Shown: in pieces, positions 41,160-49,562 of the stretch
How the letters are laid out: every line of letters begins with the position of its first letter
Numbering within the stretch: the stretch's first letter is position 1
Assembly: GCA_963702025.1 (NCBI GenBank)
Contig: OY969699.1
Coordinates: forward strand, 224,001 to 288,000
Reading direction: 5' to 3'
Length of the DNA: 64,000 nt
Origin: an uncultured bacterium
GTDB taxonomy: Bacteria > Babelota > Babeliae > Babelales > Vermiphilaceae
Made by a program: the position numbers and the translations under genes
The notes under the pieces: model-generated
Told to the model about the DNA's origin: nothing
The model's input: the letters and a program-made list of their open reading frames with translations, nothing else
Databases searched by the model: none

Positions 41160-41432
41160 TTATTCTGTGTCGAAGGAACTTAAATCGATATTTTTATTAG
41201 CTTTTTGCTTGAGAGCCTTTTTAAGCTTTTCAACTATGGCTTTATTTTTAGGATCAAAGAGCCAACGTTCTTCGGCAGAGATCTCTTGCACAGGCTCAAG
41301 AATAATTTTTCCATTTTTTTCATATATCTTATAAAGATGCGGAAGTCCCTTCCCATGAATTATCCCCTTAGGAATAGTTACTCTATTACGAGAATCGACT
41401 TTAACATATTGATTTTCTGTTTCTTTTTTCAT
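41160..41432 (-). CDS. AbrB/MazE/SpoVT-type antitoxin
   Basis: VKVDSRNRVTIPK...GKIILEP. Confidence 0.8.
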   Translation of the reverse strand: MKKETENQYVKVDSRNRVTIPKGIIHGKGLPHLYKIYEKNGKIILEPVQEISAEERWLFDPKNKAIVEKLKKALKQKANKNIDLSSFDTE

Positions 41433-41629
41433 TGTTCACCTCTTTTTTTACTCTATCATAAATGGGAAAATGGGTATAGCCCATTGATAAAAAGTGGCAC
41501 ATTTTGCCCTAAAACAAAGGAATTATTAGCATAATCTTCTTGATATTTGCTCTTCAACATTCAAAGATGATATAATTTCAATTAGAATATAATAAGTAGG
41601 GTTTCATATGAAATAGAGGATTTATAGCT

Positions 41630-43324
41630 ATGAAAATACGTTACATTGCGATACTTGCTGCTCTGATCGGCCACTTTTTTGCCTTTGCAATGGAAAAACC
41701 AACCTCTGCAACACAAGTTAAGGAGAAATCGGCAGATCTTGTTATTCTTGCCGATTCATCTACGAAAGAAATTCCTGATGTCACTGCTGATTTTTTTAGT
41801 GATGCAATCCATGCCAATATTCCGATCATAGTAAGCAGCCATTTACCATTTCTAATTAACGAGTTTGATCCAGCATTAAAAGAAAAAAACATGAGGGAAA
41901 TTCAAAAACTCCAGGAATATATGATAAAATTTCGCATGTCAGATATAAGCCCAAAAGCAACAAAATATCAGGGGGCAAAGAAAGAATTCTCTGATACTAG
42001 TAAGTGGGCCATCTATAGCAACCCCCAAAAAGATTGGGCCGTTTTTTTGCCTCAACAATATGGCAAATCATTAGAAGAATTGGGATTGAATAGCAAAGAG
42101 TTATTATTAGTAACTCCAGATAAAATAAATACAGAATTTTCAAATACGCCAAATAATATTGATATTGAAAATTTAAAGAGAGTATTCAATGGAAACTCAG
42201 ATATAAAAAAACGAATCATACTGGCCGGACATGGAACTCAAGAAAAGCCAGATCGTCCGGCAGTAATGGCAGCATTACAAAGCAAACAATATCAAGAATT
42301 ATTAACCTTTTTAAATCGGTTTACTGATATTCTTTTTATTATTTCCTGTTATTCGGGTGGCGTAAATTTAGATACTTTTAACAATCTATTAACCGATACT
42401 TTAAAAGAAACATTCAAAATACGGGACATAAATTTTCCTATTATTGTCAGTTCATCAACTGATGCGATTACCACACAATTTAGTGAAAAAGCACTCGCAA
42501 ATTTTTTCCCACATATAAATAATTTTTTAAAGACCGGCGATAAAAAAGAATTAAAAGAAGCATTAAGCCTTTTTTATAACCAAGATATTAATAACATTCC
42601 TTCAATTCGATTTCCGGGATCTAATTCATTCTTTAGACCAATAGAATTTGATAATTTATATGAAATTATTACTGCAACCGGCCTCAAAAAGCACAATTTA
42701 CAGTACATGATGCAAAAAAAGGAAATTCCTCCTTATGAAATTAATAATAAAAGAGCAATTTTATTATATCCGGCGGTAATCACCACCCCGCTAAAAATTA
42801 TTTTTGACCCCAAGAATTCAACGATAGGAAGCTTTGATAAACCTTATCCAATTTTTATTTCACGTATCGGAGGCCCAGCGCAGCATATTCTGAGCAAAGT
42901 TGAAGTGCCAGAACTTTCATTAAAAGAAACAATTAAGATGTTTTTGGATTTGAGCAAAGATAGTAAGGCACATTTAATAAAAGAATTAGTAACTTCTGAT
43001 GGCACGTATAAGAACTTTGCTTTACTAGCTTCAAATGGTGGATTGGTTGGTACCGCGATAATGCAGAGTTTCCATCCTCAACCTTTTATGATGATGGGTG
43101 GAGGTTGGATAAACCCGGGTGATTGGGTACTGGCATACTTTGATTTTGACTCATTGGTCAGATATAAAATAACAGCACAGGAATATTTAACGTATATCCA
43201 AAAGATTTTAAGTAAATCAGTGCCAAGTGATATGGCAATTCAAAATGCAACAGGTGGCCAACAAAATAAAGAATTGCTCGATGGTGCCATAAAAGAATTT
43301 TTAAACGATATACCAATAAAATAA
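41630..43324 (+). CDS. Secreted protein with caspase-like (clan CD) His-Cys motifs
   Basis: AFA-MEK; IILAGHG and FIISCYSGG. Confidence 0.6.
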   Translation: MKIRYIAILAALIGHFFAFAMEKPTSATQVKEKSADLVILADSSTKEIPDVTADFFSDAIHANIPIIVSSHLPFLINEFDPALKEKNMREIQKLQEYMIKFRMSDISPKATKYQGAKKEFSDTSKWAIYSNPQKDWAVFLPQQYGKSLEELGLNSKELLLVTPDKINTEFSNTPNNIDIENLKRVFNGNSDIKKRIILAGHGTQEKPDRPAVMAALQSKQYQELLTFLNRFTDILFIISCYSGGVNLDTFNNLLTDTLKETFKIRDINFPIIVSSSTDAITTQFSEKALANFFPHINNFLKTGDKKELKEALSLFYNQDINNIPSIRFPGSNSFFRPIEFDNLYEIITATGLKKHNLQYMMQKKEIPPYEINNKRAILLYPAVITTPLKIIFDPKNSTIGSFDKPYPIFISRIGGPAQHILSKVEVPELSLKETIKMFLDLSKDSKAHLIKELVTSDGTYKNFALLASNGGLVGTAIMQSFHPQPFMMMGGGWINPGDWVLAYFDFDSLVRYKITAQEYLTYIQKILSKSVPSDMAIQNATGGQQNKELLDGAIKEFLNDIPIK

Positions 43325-43332
43325 GGTGTTTC

Positions 43333-44040
43333 ATGAAAATCAATTATTTAATCATCGCCATGTTAGCCTGTGGCTTTGATGCCTTTTCAATGGAATTACC
43401 CGCAAAAAAACAAAAAGTAGAAACCGCGAAAGCCACCTCAATTGCCTATTATCTCATCAATCAACCGCAGCTCATTCAGCAAAGAAGAAAAGGAAAGATC
43501 CTCGATCTTTCAAACCTTAATCTTACCAGCCTTACCGGCCTAGAATTATTACCCGATCGCACAACCATAGAAGAGCTCAACCTTTCTGATAATAATCTCA
43601 CTCGCATAGAAAATAATGCGTTTGCGGGCATGAATAATATAACAACCATCGATCTTTCGCATAACCAAATAACCACACTGGATCCGCTAGCATTTAAAGG
43701 ATTACCTAAACTAATAAAAATCGATTTAGATAACAATAAATTGAAAAGGATTGATATTGCATTTGCACATCTGCACAGCCTCGAGCATTTATACCTTGAA
43801 GAAAACGATATAGCATATATCGCCCCTAATGCGTTTCGTGATTTAAAAAATTTAAAAAAGCTGTGGCTCGGACACAATAAATTAACAACAATCGAGCCGA
43901 CTGCCTTAATAGATCGAGAAAATTCTCACGGCCTGTTACGCGCAACCATGATTAATCTTGAAGATAACCCATTGGCAGATCAAAAAGGAGAACGAGAAAA
44001 AATTAATGAATTAATGGGAGATACTCTTGTTGTTTACTGA
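43333..44040 (+). CDS. Secreted leucine-rich repeat protein with NLS-like PAKKQKV
   Basis: LxLxxNxL/I...AFxxL typical-class LRRs; AFS-MEL. Confidence 0.9.
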   Translation: MKINYLIIAMLACGFDAFSMELPAKKQKVETAKATSIAYYLINQPQLIQQRRKGKILDLSNLNLTSLTGLELLPDRTTIEELNLSDNNLTRIENNAFAGMNNITTIDLSHNQITTLDPLAFKGLPKLIKIDLDNNKLKRIDIAFAHLHSLEHLYLEENDIAYIAPNAFRDLKNLKKLWLGHNKLTTIEPTALIDRENSHGLLRATMINLEDNPLADQKGEREKINELMGDTLVVY

Positions 44041-44067
44041 ACAAACTTTTAAAGAAGGCTATTATCC

Positions 44068-44772
44068 ATGAAGATCCGTTACATTTTCATTATCGCAGCG
44101 ATCACCTGGGCTTACTGCTTCTTTGCCATGGAACTGCCTGGCAAAAAGCAAAAAAGAGAACCAACGCAGGAAGTTTCTATTACTAATTATCTTCAAAAGC
44201 AGCCACAACTTATTAACCAAAGACGAAAAGGGAATAGGCTGGATCTTTCAAAACTGAATCTTACTAGCCTGGAAGGATTACATTTCTTACCCGATTATGC
44301 CGCCATTAAGCATCTTAATCTTACCGATAATGAGCTGACAACCATAAAAAACAATGCTCTTTATGGCATGAACAGTTTAGAAACATTGGATTTACTTAAC
44401 AATAAAATAAAAACGCTCGAGCCATTAGCATTTAATGGGTTAAAAAATCTTAAAAAAATCAACTTGAACGGTAACAACATTAAAAGAATTGATATTGCAT
44501 TCGCACGGCTGCCTGAACTTGAGGAATTGTATCTTGAACTTAATAAGATAGAGTATATAGCGCCCTATGCATTTCGCGATTTAAAAAACTTAAAGAAATT
44601 ATGGCTGGGGAATAATAACTTGCAAACAATCGATGCAAGAGCGCTGAAGGGTGCGCAAGAGCAATCCTTGCCGGCACTTGAAATACTTGATTTAGAAAAC
44701 AATCCACTCAGCCAAGAGGAACAGGATAAAATTGAGAATGTGGTTTCGCCAACTATCACTCTTATATTTTAA
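44068..44772 (+). CDS. Secreted leucine-rich repeat protein, tandem paralog, NLS-like PGKKQKR
   Basis: Co-linear with 43333 (QPQLI..RRKG..LDLS; AFRDLKNLKKLWLG). Confidence 0.9.
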   Translation: MKIRYIFIIAAITWAYCFFAMELPGKKQKREPTQEVSITNYLQKQPQLINQRRKGNRLDLSKLNLTSLEGLHFLPDYAAIKHLNLTDNELTTIKNNALYGMNSLETLDLLNNKIKTLEPLAFNGLKNLKKINLNGNNIKRIDIAFARLPELEELYLELNKIEYIAPYAFRDLKNLKKLWLGNNNLQTIDARALKGAQEQSLPALEILDLENNPLSQEEQDKIENVVSPTITLIF

Positions 44773-45602
44773 AGACACCGCAATGCAATCACCGTCATTT
44801 GCCTGCCCGCATTTTCACCCTGACGGCGATGAGAAAAAAAGCGATCATCACACATGGTGCAAAAATTATAACTAGTATCAATTGCAGAGGCTGGAATACC
44901 TAACTTTTGCAATTGCAGGCTATTAAGAAGCGGAACGTCTAAATACCATTTATTATCGCGCGAGAAAAGAGCTTTATTTACAAAATCTATATTTAGGGAT
45001 TTATTTGCATGGTTCGATCCAGCCTTCGCCAACAGGCTTCGGCGGACAGGTACGCTCACCACGAACGGACTGCCGGCACCGCCATCTTGTAAGCCAATGG
45101 TTGATCTAGCCACAGCGCAAAAATCCTGTTTCACTTCATAGCAACACGGCAGAGCGCTCGGGCCAAAAAAAAGCTGTAAATCTTGGGTATGAGAATTATA
45201 CATTTCCTGCATTTTCATAATCGCCGCAGGTGCCACACCTGCAATGCTGCCTCGCCAGCCTGCATGCACGATTGCTGCTACGTGATGTTGCATATCATAG
45301 ATTGCAATCGGCAAACAGTCGGCAGCCATCACACCAATGCCAAGATTTTTTTTGGTGGTAATTAAAAAATCGCCATCAATATCAAATGCAGGAATTTGAT
45401 CGTTAACAAGAAATCCCTGCGTGCTGTGGGTTTGATTAAGAAAGCAGATATTTTTAAGAGCAAGATTATGCACTATCGGCTTAAACCGTTCATGTAAAAG
45501 AAGCGGCGCAGATGCCGGAACACAATGCGCCGCTTTGTAAATTTGATCAGTTTGGTCACCAAAATAAATGGTGAACCGTTGATTGTTATAAATTATTCCC
45601 AT
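44769..45602 (-). CDS. pgeF: Peptidoglycan editing factor PgeF/YfiH (laccase-domain)
   Basis: NQTHS, ADCLP, HAGWRG, CCYEV, CT...FFSHRR. Confidence 0.92.
   Translation of the reverse strand: MGIIYNNQRFTIYFGDQTDQIYKAAHCVPASAPLLLHERFKPIVHNLALKNICFLNQTHSTQGFLVNDQIPAFDIDGDFLITTKKNLGIGVMAADCLPIAIYDMQHHVAAIVHAGWRGSIAGVAPAAIMKMQEMYNSHTQDLQLFFGPSALPCCYEVKQDFCAVARSTIGLQDGGAGSPFVVSVPVRRSLLAKAGSNHANKSLNIDFVNKALFSRDNKWYLDVPLLNSLQLQKLGIPASAIDTSYNFCTMCDDRFFSHRRQGENAGRQMTVIALRCL
45010..45072. repeat. Nested palindromic element in-frame in pgeF
   Basis: TGGTTCGAT[CCAGCCTTCGCCAACAGGCTTCGGCGGACAGG]TACGCTCACCACGAACGGACTG. Confidence 0.7.
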
Positions 45603-46870
45603 ACCGCGAATGGGGCCGTTGGTGGCTGCGCATAATAGACCGGTTGATTTTGCGCAGGAGCTTCAACATACACGTGCACTTCCGTGGCTGGTGGCGGATT
45701 AATTGCATTGATTACCGTCTGCACACCAATTAATGCATTACGCTCTTTCTCCACTTGAATCTGATGCGCATGCAATTGATTTTGTTTTTGCAATTCCCAC
45801 ACTTGCTGTTGCATTGCGCATGCTTGTGCATGAGCAGCAGCCGCTTGCGCATGAGCAGCAGCCGCTTTACTTTTTTCCGCTTCGATGCGCTGCTTTTCTA
45901 ATTGCGCGCGCTCATAGTCGCGCAACTCTTGGCGATACGCATCTTCGGTGAGAATCATACGATAGATTGCGCGTAAGTTGGCGGCCAATTGACTTGCCGC
46001 ATTAAATCGGTTGGCATAGGCAAGAGTGAGCATTTCTAATGCGCGTTCTAATTGTCGGCAATCAGAGTCACATTTTTCAATATACCGCATATACGGATAT
46101 AAACTGCCGGTAGTGGCCGCGCCACTCATAATCGCAGAGCGGATCGCTTCGCGCACCATTGCGGGATTCTTTGCATAATTTGAGAGCGCGTGCATTTCAA
46201 CTTCATAGACATGCAGCAATCGGCTTTCCAGTTCAAAGGTGGTAAAATAAGCCTCATTTGTTTGTAAATATTCTGCCATAAAGCTTAGTTTTTCAAGAAG
46301 AAGACCAGCCTCGATAGAAAGATCTTCCATCTGCACCAAAACATGCATATATTCTTTGCGTTTGCTGCGCAAGCTTTGTAGCCTGCTATTTACTTCATCA
46401 CTTGTTGCACGCAATTGATTAATGGTATTTTGCGTCGGACGTAACAATGAACTTGCTGATTGCTTATGAATAAGTTCTAAATTATACAAAAATTGTTCAT
46501 CATTATGAAAAAGGATCTGTTTTCTTTCCGAATGATTTCCCGGGAACCCAAGCTGTTGCTCAAACATCTCTATGCAAGCATCATACCGTTGATGAACACC
46601 ATCAACGCACTTTGCCGCATCTTTAATTATTGCCTCATTTGATTTACTAAAGAGCCAATCGCAGAGTTTATACAGCCCGTATCCAATGCCACCAATAATG
46701 GCAATTCCAGCGACAGCCTTTCCGGCTTCTATGGCTACCGCATCATCTACAACGCCATATCGTGGCACATGTTTGCGAGAATAATAGGTGGGCTTCATAG
46801 AATGAAGGGGTTGCGCGATGAGAGAAAAGACGATTAAAATGGGAAGAGTTGTTTTTGAAACAAACACCAT
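45593..46870 (-). CDS. Hypothetical secreted coiled-coil protein (LHS-MKP)
   Basis: Signal peptide, TM segment, long helical region, AAAAHAQ duplication. Confidence 0.75.
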   Translation of the reverse strand: MVFVSKTTLPILIVFSLIAQPLHSMKPTYYSRKHVPRYGVVDDAVAIEAGKAVAGIAIIGGIGYGLYKLCDWLFSKSNEAIIKDAAKCVDGVHQRYDACIEMFEQQLGFPGNHSERKQILFHNDEQFLYNLELIHKQSASSLLRPTQNTINQLRATSDEVNSRLQSLRSKRKEYMHVLVQMEDLSIEAGLLLEKLSFMAEYLQTNEAYFTTFELESRLLHVYEVEMHALSNYAKNPAMVREAIRSAIMSGAATTGSLYPYMRYIEKCDSDCRQLERALEMLTLAYANRFNAASQLAANLRAIYRMILTEDAYRQELRDYERAQLEKQRIEAEKSKAAAAHAQAAAAHAQACAMQQQVWELQKQNQLHAHQIQVEKERNALIGVQTVINAINPPPATEVHVYVEAPAQNQPVYYAQPPTAPFAVWE

Positions 46871-46964
46871 AAGAAAACCTCGTAGTAATAAGATGTTTAG
46901 AATCATTTAAGAAGATATGTTGATGGTACACTAAATATAGTAAAAAGTAAAAGAGCCTACGAAT

Positions 46965-47486
46965 ATGAAGCAATTTATTCTAATAGCCAATATAATCTGC
47001 ATAACCGCCTCCGCACAACCGGAAATCGCCTTCTTTGAGTATTCACATGATTTTGAAACAGTAACAAAGCTTTGCCAACAAGAATGGCACAATCTTTTTA
47101 CCATACCTTTTAATCCTTCGATGCTTCATAGAATGTTTGTTCTGCGTAAATCCGGAGATGTTACACAGAGTGATAAGCAACTATTGATTAATGTGCTCAA
47201 GGATAACAATCAGGTAATTGGATTTGTCACCTATTTTATGAAGAATCCAAAAACGGTTCATGTGGAACTATTGGCAATAGCTAAAGCCCATCAAGGCAAA
47301 GGGTATGGCACCCAACTCATCAATCATGTTGTTCAGCAGGGGATTAAGAAAGGCGCACACAATTTACAGCTCTTTGTCTTAAACCACAATAAACGCGGCT
47401 TTGATTTTTATTATCGCCGAGGCTTTGGCACTCTTCAAACATACCCCGGATATGTGCTCTTGAGCAAAAAACTTACCGCTCATTGA
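46965..47486 (+). CDS. GNAT family N-acetyltransferase with signal-like N-terminus
   Basis: LAIAKAHQGKGYG acetyl-CoA motif; N...FYYRRGF. Confidence 0.88.
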   Translation: MKQFILIANIICITASAQPEIAFFEYSHDFETVTKLCQQEWHNLFTIPFNPSMLHRMFVLRKSGDVTQSDKQLLINVLKDNNQVIGFVTYFMKNPKTVHVELLAIAKAHQGKGYGTQLINHVVQQGIKKGAHNLQLFVLNHNKRGFDFYYRRGFGTLQTYPGYVLLSKKLTAH

Positions 47487-48018
47487 AGACTACAATATCC
47501 GCCGTTTGCTTTTTGTGGCAGATCCCAGATACACACGGCGGTGACCCCGTTGGTGCACACTTTTTGACGCAGATCCCACAACTTTAATGTTTTATCATCA
47601 GATCCGGATGCAAGTTGATTCGGATCGACCGAATTAAAGTTCACCGCATAAACATCTTGAGTGTGTCCTTGAAGGCTCGCTATTTGTTCCCCGGTTTTCG
47701 GAGCCAACACCGCAACTTTTTTACCGTCAGGAAATGTTAATTGCTGATTGTTATTTTTGGAAAGTGAACTATTCCAAAATGGGGAAATCCGGCACTTTTA
47801 AAACTTGCAACACATTTATAGGGGCTCTTTGCTTCATACATTTGAATTTCGCTGGCAGAAAAATTGGCAGCAATAATACTTTTTTCATCATCAGAGTATA
47901 AAAGGGTGGATATACTTCCTTGCACATTCGGGCCCTGATAAGGAATCGGTTTTTCCATTGCAATACTTTGTGACAACAGATAAGAAATTCCTACAAAAAG
48001 ATACCATCTATTTTTCAT
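47480..48018 (-). pseudogene. Degenerate WD40 paralog (frameshift plus internal deletion) ending CSLQ
   Basis: Two ORF pieces align with 48055-49068; frameshift near 47775 (other frame WNSSLSKNNNQQL vs WNNGLTQNSAKQL). Confidence 0.8.
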
Positions 48019-48054
48019 ACTAAGACTCCTTGCTATCATTTTAAAATCCAACAA

Positions 48055-49068
48055 TCACTGTATGATACACCAACCCTTACTTGTTGAAAGATCCCAAACA
48101 CAAACACTTGATCCATTTACCTCAGTACTTGAACCGGTTAATAAACAAGCACCATCATTGCTAAATTCTCCAGACAAAAGATACTTTGCAGGAATATAAA
48201 AAGTTTTTGTTTCATCTTCGAGCGATGCAATGGTGGTTTGCGGCCCACTGGTGCCAATCATGAGCTGTGATCCATCGGGGCTATATGCCAAGGCCATGGT
48301 ATCGGGAAGGCCTTTTGGTTTAACGGCATCTTCCCCATCGCCAATAGCTTTGCCGCGACTGGTAATTTTTTTAATAACATTACCGGTTACCGGATCACAA
48401 ATTAGAATACGTGCATCTTGCCCCAATGCAATCTGGGAACCATTTTTGTTATACGCTAAATACTCGGCCACCGGAAGAACTGCAAGCTCTTTAAGCTGAG
48501 CAACATCAAAAATCTTGCTGACTTGCGCACGATTTCCAAAGGCAATTTTTGTGCCATCCGGACTGAACTGAACCGGCGCAACCATATCCGGCGTCGTTAT
48601 ACTCCTAACTCCTTTTTGTTCACGAACATCCCAAAAGCATAACGTTTTATCATCCGAACCGGATGCCAATTGATTAGGATCTTTGGGGTTAAAACTAACC
48701 CCATCAACAGCAGCGGCATGGCCTTGCAACACCACTATTTGCTTGAGCGTCTCCAAATCCCATACAATTACATTATTATTTGATGCACTCGCTAATTGCT
48801 TTGCGCTGTTTTGAGTTAACCCGTTGTTCCAATAAAAGGGAAATGCTCCTCCGTTTTGCCCTTGCGCAACAGATTGAAATGGACTGGTTGCTTGATAAAT
48901 TTGAACTTCTTTGGTCGTAAGATTGGCAACAATAATCTTTGTTCCATCATCCGAATAAAGAACGGTTGGTATGCAACCATTCACACTCGGTCCTTTAAAG
49001 GGAATTATTTTTTCCATCGCAACTGCTACAAAAGTAAAACACAACAGAGAGAAAAATAGATAACGCAT
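48055..49068 (-). CDS. Secreted WD40 repeat protein with C-terminal CaaX (CIIQ)
   Basis: AVA-MEK; LQGH...LASGSDDKTLCFWD; VCVWDL; ends WCIIQ*. Confidence 0.9.
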   Translation of the reverse strand: MRYLFFSLLCFTFVAVAMEKIIPFKGPSVNGCIPTVLYSDDGTKIIVANLTTKEVQIYQATSPFQSVAQGQNGGAFPFYWNNGLTQNSAKQLASASNNNVIVWDLETLKQIVVLQGHAAAVDGVSFNPKDPNQLASGSDDKTLCFWDVREQKGVRSITTPDMVAPVQFSPDGTKIAFGNRAQVSKIFDVAQLKELAVLPVAEYLAYNKNGSQIALGQDARILICDPVTGNVIKKITSRGKAIGDGEDAVKPKGLPDTMALAYSPDGSQLMIGTSGPQTTIASLEDETKTFYIPAKYLLSGEFSNDGACLLTGSSTEVNGSSVCVWDLSTSKGWCIIQ

Positions 49069-49124
49069 ACTTATTCCTCAAAATAGACATTGAATTGCGG
49101 TCACTCTACTATGAATACTTATAG

Positions 49125-49499
49125 ATGGTCAAGATGGATATTATAAAAAACATAAGTTCTGGGAATCATGAAAAAAACAAAAAAAAGCTTAGAAACTATT
49201 ATGATGAATGGCTCATAGAAAGCCTACAAGATCCGAAAGAAGCACACTTGTATTTAAAAGCTGCTTTTGAAGAATATGAAAAAGATCGAGATTTGGATAT
49301 ATTAATACATTCTATTTGGGCATATGCAAAAGCTCAGGGCGTTTCTGATTTAGCAAAAAAATCAAAAATAAACAGGCAAAATCTTTATAGAATTTTTTCG
49401 GGCGAAAGAAATCCTCGATTTAAAACCCTGGAATCTATTATTAGAGGTGTGGGATTTGAACTTTCCTTCCAACCGTATACACACTCATCGAGAAAATAG
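49125..49499 (+). CDS. Addiction-module antidote HTH protein (HI1420-like); start uncertain
   Basis: LIESLQDP...AKAQGVSDLAKKSKINRQNLYRIFSGERNPRF; a plausible ATG at 49168 is out of frame across an A7-C-A8 tract. Confidence 0.8.
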   Translation: MVKMDIIKNISSGNHEKNKKKLRNYYDEWLIESLQDPKEAHLYLKAAFEEYEKDRDLDILIHSIWAYAKAQGVSDLAKKSKINRQNLYRIFSGERNPRFKTLESIIRGVGFELSFQPYTHSSRK

Positions 49500-49534
49500 A
49501 GCGTGTTCCGGCAAATGTTTATTGATCAGTGGGC

Positions 49535-49556
49535 AGGGGGCAATTTCTTGCCCCCT
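49535..49556. terminator. Hairpin between convergent antidote gene and ftsZ
   Basis: AGGGGGCAA-TTTC-TTGCCCCCT perfect stem. Confidence 0.65.
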
Positions 49557-49562
49557 TATTAG

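Noticed and set aside
41205..41534. 109-aa plus-strand ORF
   Set aside because: Antisense to the AbrB-type antitoxin; TTG start and no motif.
45820..45870. GCTGCTGCTCATGCRCAAGC duplication as a mobile repeat
   Set aside because: Only a two-copy 21-bp coding duplication (AAAAHAQ) within a coiled coil.
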